Source: Neisseria perflava (GTDB lineage Bacteria > Pseudomonadota > Gammaproteobacteria > Burkholderiales > Neisseriaceae). From it: a DNA stretch of 32,000 nucleotides. A model generated the notes under the pieces. It was not told the origin of the DNA and did not search any database. It saw only the letters and a list, made by a program, of their open reading frames with translations. Shown here one piece after another: positions 1 to 9,085 of this stretch. The position numbers and the translations under genes were made by a program. The stretch is taken from positions 137,793 to 169,792 of the forward strand of contig NZ_CP079818.1 of assembly GCF_019334725.1 (NCBI RefSeq), given 5' to 3'. Within the stretch, counting starts at the first letter, position 1; each line of letters starts with the position of its first letter.

Positions 1-479
1 ATACCGTCGGTCATCAGCTTGACGCAGGCATCGCGCGAGGTGTGATCGGTAAAGCGCACTTTATAGCCGACCGCGCTGCCGATTTCGGATTTCAACTCTT
101 CGGCAATCCGCTCTGCCACGGAACGCGCGGCCAAACGGCGCGGCTGGGTATGCCCGATCAGCCCCGCCACCCCGCGCCCGAGTTCCAAACAAATCTTGGG
201 CAACTGCGTGGTTTTGCCCGAACCGGTTTCGCCGCAAATAATCGTTACCTGATTCTCGGCAATGGCTTTTTTGATTTCGTCGAGTTTTTCGTGAACGGGC
301 AGCGTGTTGTCGAATTCGGGCTTGGGCAGTTTGGACAGGCGTTGCAGATAGAGATCGTGCGATTTTTTGTATTTTTCCTCAACCTTGGCTAAGCCGCCGT
401 ATTTATTGGGGTTTTTAAAGGCAGATCGCAGAAAATGGCGGTCTTTGGAGAGGGTTTGGGCAAAATCGGGATGCGGCAT
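1..479 (-). CDS. hrpA: ATP-dependent RNA helicase HrpA, N-terminal part (gene continues beyond left edge)
   Basis: Reverse translation from ATG 479-477 reads MPHPDFAQTLSKDRHFLRSAFKNPNKYGGLAKVEEKYKKSHDLYLQRLSKLPKPEFDNTLPVHEKLDEIKKAIAENQVTIICGETGSGKTTQLPKICLEL..., which contains DEAH-helicase motif I (GETGSGKTTQ). It is absent from the ORF track because there is no stop inside the window. The + ORF 42..392 is its antisense shadow. Confidence 0.85.
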   Translation of the reverse strand, partial: MPHPDFAQTLSKDRHFLRSAFKNPNKYGGLAKVEEKYKKSHDLYLQRLSKLPKPEFDNTLPVHEKLDEIKKAIAENQVTIICGETGSGKTTQLPKICLELGRGVAGLIGHTQPRRLAARSVAERIAEELKSEIGSAVGYKVRFTDHTSRDACVKLMTDG

Positions 480-525
480 GATGGTGCAATGAATTAAATA
501 ATGTGAAAAGAATGGAATTATAGCA

Positions 526-571
526 AAAGGCCGTCTGAAACTTGCTTGCTTTCAAGTTTCAGACGGCCTTT
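526..571. terminator. Inverted DUS pair hairpin (AAAGGCCGTCTGAAACTTG ... CAAGTTTCAGACGGCCTTT) downstream of rsfS
   Basis: A roughly 19 bp perfect inverted repeat containing GCCGTCTGAA and its complement, 17 nt after the rsfS stop. Confidence 0.7.
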
Positions 572-587
572 GTATGGATAAACCGTT

Positions 588-974
588 TTAGTCGGCGGCG
601 TGCCAAGGTTTTTGCATACCGGCGTGGAAACTCGGTTTTTCTCCGCCCCACAAGGTGTCGATGTCGTAGAAGTCGCGCACGGCAGGGAGCATGACGTGGA
701 CAACGAGGTCGCCTGCGTCGACGAGCGTCCATTCGCCGCTGTCGCCTTCGGTGCTGAGGATTTCGAAACCGGCTTCTTTTAAATCGACGGCAACGTTGTT
801 GGCCAGTGCTTTAACTTGGCGTGTGCTGTCGCCGCTGGCAATAATCATGCGGGCGAACAGGGAAGTTTTGTCTTGGGTTTCCAAAACGGAGATGTCTTTG
901 GCTTTGATGTCTTCGAGGGCGTTTACGGCCACTTCGACCATTTTTTGCAGGTCTTGCAATTCTTGTTCGTTCAT
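588..974 (-). CDS. rsfS: Ribosomal silencing factor RsfS (iojap family)
   Basis: MNEQELQDLQKMVEVAVNALEDIKAKDISVLETQDKTSLFARMIIASGDSTRQVKALANNV...WTLVDAGDLVVHVMLPAVRDFYDIDTLWG is typical RsfS. I chose the internal ATG at 974 (AGGAAA RBS 8 nt upstream) over the ORF-track start at 1007. It lies directly downstream of nadD, as in many bacteria. Confidence 0.9.
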   Translation of the reverse strand: MNEQELQDLQKMVEVAVNALEDIKAKDISVLETQDKTSLFARMIIASGDSTRQVKALANNVAVDLKEAGFEILSTEGDSGEWTLVDAGDLVVHVMLPAVRDFYDIDTLWGGEKPSFHAGMQKPWHAAD

Positions 975-1032
975 TATTTTCCTAGTTGAAATGTTTTCAG
1001 ACGGCATTATAGCTTATCTGCCTGAATAAACG

Positions 1033-1638
1033 CTATTTTTCATAGAGTTTGTGTTGGCGGATGTATTGGGCAACGGGTTGAGGCAGGCCGTCTGAATGGT
1101 GCGTTTTGGCGAGACTGGCACGGATTTGGGTGGAGCTGGTGTTATGCAGCGGCGCGTTGAGGATGCGGACGCTGCCGTTTTGCAGGGCTTCACCGAGCCA
1201 TGCGTGCAATTCGCGCGGTGTTTTGTTGAGGTTGTCGCCCTGGCGCATGGCGACGGCGATATGGGTCTGGCGCACGAGGGTTTGCCATTTTTTCCATGTG
1301 TGCAGCTGCATCAGGCTGTCGCTGCCCATCAACCACCACAGTTGCGCGCCGGGAAACTGCTGGCGGAAGATTTGGACGGTGTCAAACGTATAGGTCGCGC
1401 CGTTGCGGATGATGTCGCAGTCGCTGGCGGCGAATTTCGGCTCGTCGGCGATGGCGAGTTCAACCATATTGAGGCGCTCTTGTGCCGGCGTGCGCGTGCT
1501 GTCTTTGTGGTACGGGTCGCCTGCCGGCAGGAAGACGACAAGATCCAAACCGATTTCGTCGGCGAAGGCGCGGGCGATGTGGAGGTGGCCGTTGTGGATG
1601 GGGTCAAACGTGCCGCCGAATAATCCGATGTTTTTCAT
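1033..1638 (-). CDS. nadD: Nicotinate-nucleotide adenylyltransferase
   Basis: N-terminal GLFGGTFDPIHNGHL (HxGH nucleotidyltransferase motif), C-terminal ISSTQIR motif, 201 aa, nadD-rsfS synteny. Confidence 0.9.
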   Translation of the reverse strand: MKNIGLFGGTFDPIHNGHLHIARAFADEIGLDLVVFLPAGDPYHKDSTRTPAQERLNMVELAIADEPKFAASDCDIIRNGATYTFDTVQIFRQQFPGAQLWWLMGSDSLMQLHTWKKWQTLVRQTHIAVAMRQGDNLNKTPRELHAWLGEALQNGSVRILNAPLHNTSSTQIRASLAKTHHSDGLPQPVAQYIRQHKLYEK

Positions 1639-1656
1639 TTCGTGGTGGTGTCTGCG

Positions 1657-2241
1657 TTAGATGTTTTGGCCGTCTGAAGCAGGCAGGCTGCCGTCAACAA
1701 TCAGGTTGAGCTTGCCTGTGGTCGGGTGGATGACCAGGCCGTGGATGGCGATGTTGTCGGGCATCAGCGGATGTTTGCGAATCAGCTCGACGGTATGGCG
1801 CACGCTGTCTTCGACGTTGTCAAAACCGGTCAGCCAGCCGTCCAAATCGATACCGGCGTTGCGCAGGGTTTCGATGCGGTCGTCGGGGATATTGCTGTCG
1901 TGTACGCGCTGGAGGAACTCTTCGGCATGCAATCCGCGCATACCGCAGTCGTGGTGGGCAATGACCATGATTTCTTTGACTTTGAGTTCAAATACGGCGA
2001 CCAACAAACTGCGCATCACCGAACCCCAAGGGTGGGTCACCAGCGCGCCGGCGTTTTTGATGAGCTTGGCATCGCCGTTTTTCAAGCCTAAAGCATTGGG
2101 CAACAATTCGATAATGCGTGCATCCATGCAGGAAAGAATGGCCAGCTCGCGGCCGGGGTATTTGTTGGTGAAATATTTTTCGTACTCGCCCGATTCAACG
2201 AAACGTTGGTTGTAGGAAAGGATATCGGTCAATTCACTCAT
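1657..2241 (-). CDS. Beta-class carbonic anhydrase
   Basis: CMDARI ... HHDCGM zinc-ligand motifs (Cys, His, Cys) spaced as in beta-CA; 194 aa. Confidence 0.8.
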   Translation of the reverse strand: MSELTDILSYNQRFVESGEYEKYFTNKYPGRELAILSCMDARIIELLPNALGLKNGDAKLIKNAGALVTHPWGSVMRSLLVAVFELKVKEIMVIAHHDCGMRGLHAEEFLQRVHDSNIPDDRIETLRNAGIDLDGWLTGFDNVEDSVRHTVELIRKHPLMPDNIAIHGLVIHPTTGKLNLIVDGSLPASDGQNI

Positions 2242-2303
2242 GATGATGTGCTCGTTTCGGATGATTTACTCTATTATAGCGGTTTTCAAGGGGTATGGTT
2301 GTT

Positions 2304-2331
2304 TTGCAAATTCGCCGTAAACGGCTAAAAT
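2304..2331 (+). promoter_or_regulatory. Candidate sigma70 promoter for the Nudix gene
   Basis: TTGCAA (2304-2309), 16 nt spacer, TAAAAT (2326-2331), about 35 nt upstream of ATG 2365. Sequence match only. Confidence 0.3.
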
Positions 2332-2364
2332 CGACGTATCTTTAGTTCTTTTGGAGGATGCGCC

Positions 2365-3255
2365 ATGTCTCAGTCTTTCCGTTTTGAACAGGTATTCTCA
2401 CCCGATATCCACAACGCATTGTGGGATTGGGCGCAGACAAGCTATGGCGCATCCGACGATTGGTGCATTCTGTATCTCAACGGCCTGCCTTTAGGCCGTC
2501 TGAACCCGTTATGGCGCGAACGCCTCGGGCAAGATTGGACAGGCAGGCAGTCGACCCTTTCAGACGGCCTGAATTTGGAAACCGACAGCTGGGCGGAAAT
2601 GGGCGACAGTTTGCAAATGCTGGCGCAACAATGGTGCGAATGCGGTTGGCTCAAAGGTTGGCGCGATGAAAAGTTTGACATCTGCGACCAGTCGGGCAAG
2701 CCTTTATGCGCACTCGAACGCGCCGCCTTCCGTCCGTTCGGCCTAATGAGTCAGGCAGTGCATTTGAACGGATTGGTCGAAACAGAAGACGGTTTGCGCT
2801 TTTGGATAGGCCGCCGCAGTCCGCACAAAGTCGTCGATCCAAACAAACTCGACAACCTGACCGGAGGCGGCATCAGCAGCGGCGAGATGCCGTCTGAAGC
2901 CGTCTGCCGCGAAGGCGAAGAAGAAGCAGGCATTCCCGCTTCTATGACACCCCATATCCGACCGACCGCCCAGATATACAGTTTGCGCCCCGTTAATCGC
3001 GGTGTCCACAACGAAATCCTGTATATCTTCGACATCGTCCTACCCGAAGGCTTCCAACCCGCCAATCAAGACGGCGAAGTTGCCGGTTTTGAACTGATGG
3101 ACATCCCCACCCTGATCGATGCCATGTTGGGCGGACACATGATGCACGATGCCCAGTTGGTCACGATCGAAGCCTGCCGGCGATACGGCCTGATCAACCC
3201 CAAACATCCGCTGTCCGCATGGCTCGACAGCATCCATTGCCGACCCCATTTTTAA
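2365..3255 (+). CDS. Nudix-family hydrolase with N-terminal extension
   Basis: Nudix box GGGISSGEMPSEAVCREGEEEAGI (GX5EX7REUXEEXGU pattern) in the C-terminal half; 296 aa. Confidence 0.75.
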   Translation: MSQSFRFEQVFSPDIHNALWDWAQTSYGASDDWCILYLNGLPLGRLNPLWRERLGQDWTGRQSTLSDGLNLETDSWAEMGDSLQMLAQQWCECGWLKGWRDEKFDICDQSGKPLCALERAAFRPFGLMSQAVHLNGLVETEDGLRFWIGRRSPHKVVDPNKLDNLTGGGISSGEMPSEAVCREGEEEAGIPASMTPHIRPTAQIYSLRPVNRGVHNEILYIFDIVLPEGFQPANQDGEVAGFELMDIPTLIDAMLGGHMMHDAQLVTIEACRRYGLINPKHPLSAWLDSIHCRPHF

Positions 3256-3270
3256 AGGCCGTCTGAAACC

Positions 3271-4212
3271 ATGTTGCAACTCAAAAACATCAACAAACGC
3301 TTCGGCAGCAAAACCGTTGCCCAAGACATCAACCTAAACGTCGAAGCAGGCGAAATTCTCGCCGTACTCGGCCGCTCCGGCTGCGGCAAATCCACCCTGC
3401 TCAAAACCATCGTCGGCCTGGTGCGTCCCGACAGCGGCGAAGTCTGGCTCAACGGCGACAACATCACCGACATGCCGTCTGAAAAACGCAATATCTCGCT
3501 GATGTTTCAAGACTACGCCCTTTTGCCGCATTTAACCGCCCTCGACAACGTCGGCTTCGGCCTCAAAATGCGCCGTCTGCCCAAAGCCGAAATTGAAGAA
3601 CAATCCATGCAGGCCTTGCGCGACATCAGTTTGGAACACGAAGCCCAACGCAAACCCGAAAGCCTCTCCGGCGGCGAACAGCAACGCCTCGCCATCGCAC
3701 GCGCCCTCATCACGCGCCCGTCGCTGTTGCTCTTGGACGAAGCCTTCTCCAGCCTCGACACCCACCTGCGCCACCACCTGCGCACCCTGACCGCCGAACG
3801 CATCCGCAGTCAAAACATCCCCGCCATCCTCGTGACCCACTCCGCCGAGGAAGCCTGCACCATGGCCGACACCATCGCCATCATGCACGAAGGCCGCATC
3901 CTCCAACACGGCACGCCGGAAACCCTTATCCGCCGCCCCGTCAACGCCCAAGCCGCCCTACTGCTCGGTTTGGCCAACACCGGCGACACACGCTACATCC
4001 CCCAACACGCCATCCGATTCGACCCGAACGGCACAGCCGTCCGCATCAGCGAAGCCATTCCTCTCGCCGAAGGCATACGCCTCACCCTCACCCATCCGCA
4101 ATACGGCGATTTAATTTGGTATCCCCATGCCGACCACGATACGGACAAACCGCAAACCGGACAGGAAATCAGCATCAGCGTGGATGAAAATCAGATTGTT
4201 TGGTTTGATTGA
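3271..4212 (+). CDS. ABC transporter ATP-binding protein (Fbp/Pot/Thi-type importer ATPase), no cognate permease in window
   Basis: Walker A GRSGCGKST, Q-loop, signature LSGGEQQRLAIARAL, Walker B LLLLDEAFSSLD, H-loop VTHS. The C-terminal regulatory/TOBE-like tail is typical of importer ATPases. Confidence 0.85.
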   Translation: MLQLKNINKRFGSKTVAQDINLNVEAGEILAVLGRSGCGKSTLLKTIVGLVRPDSGEVWLNGDNITDMPSEKRNISLMFQDYALLPHLTALDNVGFGLKMRRLPKAEIEEQSMQALRDISLEHEAQRKPESLSGGEQQRLAIARALITRPSLLLLDEAFSSLDTHLRHHLRTLTAERIRSQNIPAILVTHSAEEACTMADTIAIMHEGRILQHGTPETLIRRPVNAQAALLLGLANTGDTRYIPQHAIRFDPNGTAVRISEAIPLAEGIRLTLTHPQYGDLIWYPHADHDTDKPQTGQEISISVDENQIVWFD

Positions 4213-4266
4213 ATGTGATGGATTAAAAAAAAGAAAAAGGCCGTCTGAAAAGCAACAAACACCGTC

Positions 4267-4286
4267 ATTCCCGCGCAGGCGGGAAT
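4267..4286. repeat. dRS3 neisserial repeat (ATTCCC-N8-GGGAAT)
   Basis: ATTCCCGCGCAGGCGGGAAT matches the dRS3 consensus ATTCCCNNNNNNNNGGGAAT exactly. It is the only paired copy I found in the window. Confidence 0.8.
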
Positions 4287-4318
4287 GACGGCGGATGGGT
4301 TTGGGGCGGGGGAAAGGT

Positions 4319-4348
4319 TTCAGGCTGACTTGGGAAGGGCAGCCTGAA
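4319..4348. repeat. Inverted pair of variant uptake-sequence-like motif (TTCAGGCTG ... CAGCCTGAA)
   Basis: TTCAGGCTG 4319-4327 and CAGCCTGAA 4340-4348 form a 9 bp inverted repeat with a 12 nt loop. GGGCAGCCTGAA at 4337-4348 differs from the local DUS (GCCGTCTGAA) in the core. Confidence 0.7.
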
Positions 4349-4351
4349 AAT

Positions 4352-4390
4352 GGGGAGGCCGTCTGAAAGACGGATTCAGACGGCCTCCCC
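4352..4390. terminator. Inverted AG-DUS pair hairpin (16 bp stem) downstream of the AIPR gene and the convergent ABC ATPase gene
   Basis: GGGGAGGCCGTCTGAA - AGACGGA - TTCAGACGGCCTCCCC, a perfect 16 bp stem, 14 nt from the AIPR stop. Confidence 0.75.
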
Positions 4391-4403
4391 ATTGGTTAGT
4401 CGG

Positions 4404-6068
4404 TTACTTCAAGTAATTAATTAAATCTCCACGTCTAAACGTGGCGGCAAGTTGTTGTAAAGAAATTTCTGAGCTATCGTTGTAAAGTGCAGCAAGTGCC
4501 TGCCGGATGTCCTGTATTGCTGCTTGAAGGTAAGCTTCGCCCTTTTCATCCAGCCGTGCCTGCAAAGAAACGAAATTTTGATGATTAACCAAATCAAATG
4601 ATGCCAATCCTGAATCTGCAAGAAGTTTCCTGCCAATCTGCATGGCAATAAAACAGGAAGCATAACGGACAAAGTCGGGATCATTTTCCTGCGGGCGTTT
4701 TCTTCTGTTCTCTGCCATACGGTAAATCAATACGGACAATACCGCCTGCGCCCCGTTCAAATTATCGAAAATTTCGCCATACAATTTACCAAAATGCTCC
4801 TTGGTGAAAAATTTCGCCTGCTGGGGTTTTTCTTTGACAACCGAAAGTACCGCTTCGGCAACCGTGCCTGATGTAATATCGTTTTTTCCTGCTTCCTGGC
4901 TACGCTTGCGTCGGTAGGTGTAACCCAACTCTGCAATCGATATCTCCAAACGCTGCTGCTGGGGATCGTTGGCTCTCAAATCCTTCAAATCCACAGGATT
5001 TTGGCTGTTGGTGGCATGGGTGATTTTCATAACCAAATCGTTTTGCTCTTTTGGCAGCTCGTAGATGCGCACCAACACGCTGGCATTGTCCGAAATATCG
5101 GAAAAATCTGCTATTGCGTTCATCAGGGTCATGGATGTCTGACCGCCGTTTACAATCTGCAAATCCGTAACATTGACCTGGTAATCGGATGTCTGCAAGG
5201 CATTATAGGAAAAACTTCTGCATATCAAAGTCAGCCCGTTATTGTAAAAATAGAAATTATCCGGCTCGTGTTGCAGGGTTCTTTGGATATCCTGATTAAC
5301 GCGGTTTCCTGTCAAACCGAGATAACGGCGGATATTCCTTTCCAGTAGTTTTTCGCCATGCTGTCTCATTAATTGGGCAATTTCTTTAACAGGAATCCGC
5401 CCGATACAGACGCGGCTGAAATTCATATCTTCAATTACTGCTTTGCCTTTCAGCCGCAATACGGCATCGACAGGTTTTGTGCGGCTACGGATAGCCAGCA
5501 GGGTTTCATGGTTGGCATACTCCCATGACACTTGGGATACAGATTGAAATTCGCGGTCAATATCGGTTTGCGCTTCCCGGTTCCATTTCAGCCCGTTGTT
5601 GCAGGCGATAACCCGAATCTGCGGTATCTGCCCGTCCCGAATACGTGAGCGGATATCTTCGACTTTGGCTTTCAAGCGCATATTGATGCCGCCCAAATCG
5701 GCAGCCGGATTAAACAGATATTGAACGGCCTTGATTAATTTTTCTATGCCGGTTTGTGGGAAATTTTTATTTCCGTCCAAACTCTTGGCGTATTTTGACT
5801 GGATAAGGACAACGGAAAATTCCCCATCGTTTTCTTCATCTATATAAACAGCATCCGTTCCAAAATCTCCGCCTCCGTCAACCAGACAATCCAAGGCTGT
5901 TTCTTCATCCAAATCCAAAATGTCTTTGATACAGATAAAAGTAAACAGGGCGGATTTGAGTTTGTCCGTGTCATTTGGGTTGATGTTCAAAATTTGGCAT
6001 ACTTCATCTTTGGTTTCCTGCGGAATACCTAAAAGCTGTTGGTCTAAAATAGAAGCAGCGATATCCAT
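4404..6068 (-). CDS. AIPR-family abortive infection / phage-resistance protein (N-terminal PD-(D/E)xK-like region plus AIPR domain)
   Basis: Core RNIRRYLGLTGNRVNQDIQRTL...FYFYNNGLTLIC...LQIVNGGQTS resembles the AIPR family (PF10592, from memory). The N-terminus has GGGDFGTDAVYIDEENDGEFSVVLIQSKY. Start taken at ATG 6068 (GGAG RBS 7 nt upstream) rather than track start 6161, which would overlap the valS stop. Confidence 0.8.
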   Translation of the reverse strand: MDIAASILDQQLLGIPQETKDEVCQILNINPNDTDKLKSALFTFICIKDILDLDEETALDCLVDGGGDFGTDAVYIDEENDGEFSVVLIQSKYAKSLDGNKNFPQTGIEKLIKAVQYLFNPAADLGGINMRLKAKVEDIRSRIRDGQIPQIRVIACNNGLKWNREAQTDIDREFQSVSQVSWEYANHETLLAIRSRTKPVDAVLRLKGKAVIEDMNFSRVCIGRIPVKEIAQLMRQHGEKLLERNIRRYLGLTGNRVNQDIQRTLQHEPDNFYFYNNGLTLICRSFSYNALQTSDYQVNVTDLQIVNGGQTSMTLMNAIADFSDISDNASVLVRIYELPKEQNDLVMKITHATNSQNPVDLKDLRANDPQQQRLEISIAELGYTYRRKRSQEAGKNDITSGTVAEAVLSVVKEKPQQAKFFTKEHFGKLYGEIFDNLNGAQAVLSVLIYRMAENRRKRPQENDPDFVRYASCFIAMQIGRKLLADSGLASFDLVNHQNFVSLQARLDEKGEAYLQAAIQDIRQALAALYNDSSEISLQQLAATFRRGDLINYLK

Positions 6069-6118
6069 GATAGTCTCCGTACATTTTTGAATTTTTAAAA
6101 TATGAAAGCTGTGTTTCG

Positions 6119-6152
6119 GCCTGAAAACCACTCCACCGTTTTCAGGCTGCCT
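6119..6152. repeat. Hairpin containing an exact AGGCAGCCTGAA 12-mer (reverse strand of 6141-6152), just after the valS stop
   Basis: CCTGAAAAC (6119-6127) pairs with GTTTTCAGG (6138-6146). TTCAGGCTGCCT at 6141-6152 is the reverse complement of AGGCAGCCTGAA. Confidence 0.7.
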
Positions 6153-6157
6153 TCCAA

Positions 6158-8989
6158 TCACCCTCTCAACTTCGCCAATTGCCCTTCCACTTTCCCCATC
6201 TTATCCATCAACTCCGCCAATTCCGCCTTATCCTTCTCCACCAGATGTGCGGGGGCTTTGTCCACATAGCCGGGTTTGGAGAGTTTGGCGTTGAGTTTGT
6301 CCAAGGCTTTTTGCAGCTTCTCGGCTTCTTTGCTCAAACGGGCGGTTTCGGCGGCTTTGTCGATTTCGACTTTCAGCATCAGGCGCGCGCCGTTGCAGAC
6401 GGCGACAGGTGCGTCTTCCGCTTCCGGCAAGCTGTCCACCAGCTTGGCTTCGGTCAGTCGGGTCAGCGACGGCAGGTATTTGAGCAGGCCTTCGAGTTCT
6501 GCGTTGCCTTCGACAAAGAGCGGCGCTTTGACGTTTGGCGCGATACCCATTTCGCCGCGTAGTTTGCGCACTTCTTCCACCAAGTCTTTCAATGCGGCCA
6601 TTTTATCGAAGGCCGTCTGAACGATTTTCTCTTTATCGGCTTGCGGATAGGCGGCCAACATGATGCTGTCGGCGGTTTTGGCATTCGCCAGAGGCGCAAC
6701 GACCTGCCACAGCTCTTCGGTAATGAACGGCATGATTGGGTGCAGCAGGCGCAGGATGGTTTCGAGTACGCGCACGAGGGTGCGGCGTGTGGTGCGCTGG
6801 GTTGTCGGGCAGCCGGTTTGGATTTGCACTTTTGCCAGCTCGATGTACCAGTCGCAATATTCGTTCCACACAAATTCGTACAGCGTTTGCGCGGCAAGGT
6901 CAAAGCGGTAGGTTTCAAAGGCTTCGGCAACGGCGGCTTCGGCTTGTTGCAGTTTGCCGATAATCCATTGGTCGGCGAAGGTAAACGCCAACGGCTGCAT
7001 TTCGTCTTGACCGCAGTCTTTGTCTTCGGTGTTCATCAACACGAAGTTGGTGGCGTTCCACAATTTATTGCAGAAGTTGCGGTAGCCTTCGGCGCGCTTG
7101 AAGTCGAAGTTCACGCTGCGACCGAGGCTGGCGTAGCTCGCCATGGTGAAGCGCAAGGCGTCCGCGCCCATGCTGGGGATACCTTCGGGGAAGAGTTTTT
7201 TCGTGGCTTCTTCCACTTTCGGCGCGGTTTCGGGTTTGCGCAGACCGGTCGTGCGTTTCACTAGCAGCTTGTCCAAGTCGATGCCGTCGATCAAATCCAC
7301 AGGGTCGATGACGTTGCCTTCGGATTTGGACATTTTTTTGCCTTCGTGGTCACGCACGATGCCGTGGATGTACACGTCTTTAAACGGTACTTTGCCGGTG
7401 AAGTGTGTGGTCATCATAATCATACGCGCCACCCAGAAGAAGATGATTTCGTAGCCTGTTACCAAGACGTTGGACGGCAGGAAGGCTTTGAGTTCGTCGG
7501 TTTCAGACGGCCAGCCGAGCGTGGAGAACGGCACGAGCGCGGAGGAGAACCATGTATCCAATACGTCTTCTTCGCGGGTCAAGCCTGTTTTGCCGGCTTG
7601 TTTTTCGGCTTCTTCCTGATTGCGGGCAACGTAAACATTGCCTGCTTCGTCGTACCACGCGGGGATTTGATGGCCCCACCACAGTTGGCGCGAAATACAC
7701 CAGTCTTGGATGTTGTTCATCCATTGGTTGTAGGTATTGACCCAGTTTTCAGGGATAAAACGTACCGCGCCGCTATCAACGGCTTTTTTGGCTTTGTCGG
7801 CCAGGCTCAAACCTTTGAACTCGCTGTCAGGCTCGCCGCCGTTTGGCGTGGCGGACATAGCGACAAACCATTGGCTGGTCAGCATCGGCTCAATCACGGA
7901 ACCGGTACGGTCGCCTTTCGGCGTCATCAGCGTGTGCGGTTTGATTTCGACCAAGAAACCTTGTTCCTGCAAATCGGCAACCATTTGTTTGCGCGCGGCA
8001 AAGCGGTCTAAGCCTGCGTATTTTTCAGGCAGGGCAAAGCCTGGTTGCGCTTCGCCTTTGAAGTTAAACACTTCGGCGTTTGCCAGCACTTTGGCTTCCA
8101 AATCAAACACATTAATCAGGCGCGTGTCGTGGCGTTTGCCGACTTCGTAGTCGTTGAAGTCGTGCGCAGGCGTGATTTTCACGCAGCCGGTACCGAAGTC
8201 TTTTTCGACGTATTCGTCGGCAATCACGGGGATGGTGCGGCCGGTCAGCGGCAGGATTAATTCCTTGCCGATCAAATGCGTATAACGTTCGTCTTCAGGA
8301 TTGACGGCAACGGCCACGTCGCCCAACAGCGTTTCAGGGCGGGTGGTCGCCACGATAACGGCTTCGGCGGGATTGTCCGCCAGCGGATAGCGGATGTGCC
8401 ACATAGAGCCTTGTTCTTCCACGCTTTCCACTTCCAAATCAGATACTGCCGTACCCAAAACCGGATCCCAGTTCACCAAGCGTTTGCCGCGGTAAATCAA
8501 GCCTTGTTCATACAGACGCACAAACACTTCGGTTACGGTTTCGGCGCGCACGTCGTCCATCGTGAAATACTCACGCGTCCAGTCGGCAGAGCAGCCCACG
8601 CGGCGCATTTGTTGGGTAATCGTACCGCCGGAAACTTCTTTCCATTCCCACACTTTTTCCAAGAATTTCTCGCGGCCCAAGTCATGACGGGACACGTTTT
8701 GCGCGGCAAGTTGACGCTCGACCACGATTTGCGTGGCAATGCCCGCGTGGTCGGTGCCCGGAATCCAGGCGGTGTTGCAGCCTTTCATGCGGTAGTAGCG
8801 GGTTAGACCGTCCATGATGGTTTGGTTGAAGGCATGGCCCATGTGCAGCGTACCGGTTACGTTGGGCGGCGGCAGTTGGATGGAGAAAGACGGTTTGGTC
8901 AAATCCATATCAGGCTGGAAATAGCCCTGCTCTTCCCAGTTTTGATAATGTTTGGATTCGATTTCGGCTGGATTGTATTTGTCTAACAT
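6158..8989 (-). CDS. valS: Valine--tRNA ligase
   Basis: 943 aa; class I HIGH motif ([15 protein letters not shown]), KMSKS motif (KKMSKSEGN), C-terminal coiled-coil tail typical of ValRS. Confidence 0.97.
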   Translation of the reverse strand: MLDKYNPAEIESKHYQNWEEQGYFQPDMDLTKPSFSIQLPPPNVTGTLHMGHAFNQTIMDGLTRYYRMKGCNTAWIPGTDHAGIATQIVVERQLAAQNVSRHDLGREKFLEKVWEWKEVSGGTITQQMRRVGCSADWTREYFTMDDVRAETVTEVFVRLYEQGLIYRGKRLVNWDPVLGTAVSDLEVESVEEQGSMWHIRYPLADNPAEAVIVATTRPETLLGDVAVAVNPEDERYTHLIGKELILPLTGRTIPVIADEYVEKDFGTGCVKITPAHDFNDYEVGKRHDTRLINVFDLEAKVLANAEVFNFKGEAQPGFALPEKYAGLDRFAARKQMVADLQEQGFLVEIKPHTLMTPKGDRTGSVIEPMLTSQWFVAMSATPNGGEPDSEFKGLSLADKAKKAVDSGAVRFIPENWVNTYNQWMNNIQDWCISRQLWWGHQIPAWYDEAGNVYVARNQEEAEKQAGKTGLTREEDVLDTWFSSALVPFSTLGWPSETDELKAFLPSNVLVTGYEIIFFWVARMIMMTTHFTGKVPFKDVYIHGIVRDHEGKKMSKSEGNVIDPVDLIDGIDLDKLLVKRTTGLRKPETAPKVEEATKKLFPEGIPSMGADALRFTMASYASLGRSVNFDFKRAEGYRNFCNKLWNATNFVLMNTEDKDCGQDEMQPLAFTFADQWIIGKLQQAEAAVAEAFETYRFDLAAQTLYEFVWNEYCDWYIELAKVQIQTGCPTTQRTTRRTLVRVLETILRLLHPIMPFITEELWQVVAPLANAKTADSIMLAAYPQADKEKIVQTAFDKMAALKDLVEEVRKLRGEMGIAPNVKAPLFVEGNAELEGLLKYLPSLTRLTEAKLVDSLPEAEDAPVAVCNGARLMLKVEIDKAAETARLSKEAEKLQKALDKLNAKLSKPGYVDKAPAHLVEKDKAELAELMDKMGKVEGQLAKLRG

Positions 8990-9041
8990 GATGGAACTTT
9001 GTGAAATTAAGGTTATTTTTGATGTGCGGATTATAACGCAA

Positions 9042-9073
9042 AAAGGCCGTCTGAATCATTTCAGACGGCCTTT
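9042..9073. terminator. Inverted AG-DUS pair hairpin downstream of zupT
   Basis: AAAGGCCGTCTGAA - TCAT - TTCAGACGGCCTTT. Confidence 0.7.
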
Positions 9074-9085
9074 GGCATACGGGTT

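Noticed and set aside
42-392. 116-aa + strand ORF at the left edge
   Set aside because: It is the antisense shadow of hrpA. The - strand frame gives a clean DEAH-helicase N-terminus with GETGSGKTTQ, while the + frame product is low-complexity (G/F/R-rich) with no RBS.
4111-4392. 93-aa - strand ORF across the ABC-ATPase/AIPR intergenic region
   Set aside because: It is built almost entirely from DUS, dRS3 and hairpin repeats (translations such as RPSE/SDGL are DUS read-through), so I do not regard it as coding.
6179-8806. Multiple 100-220-aa + strand ORFs inside valS (for example 6641-7264, 7346-8011, 8276-8806)
   Set aside because: All are antisense to the uninterrupted 943-aa ValRS frame. 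They are typical long antisense ORFs of a GC-rich gene.
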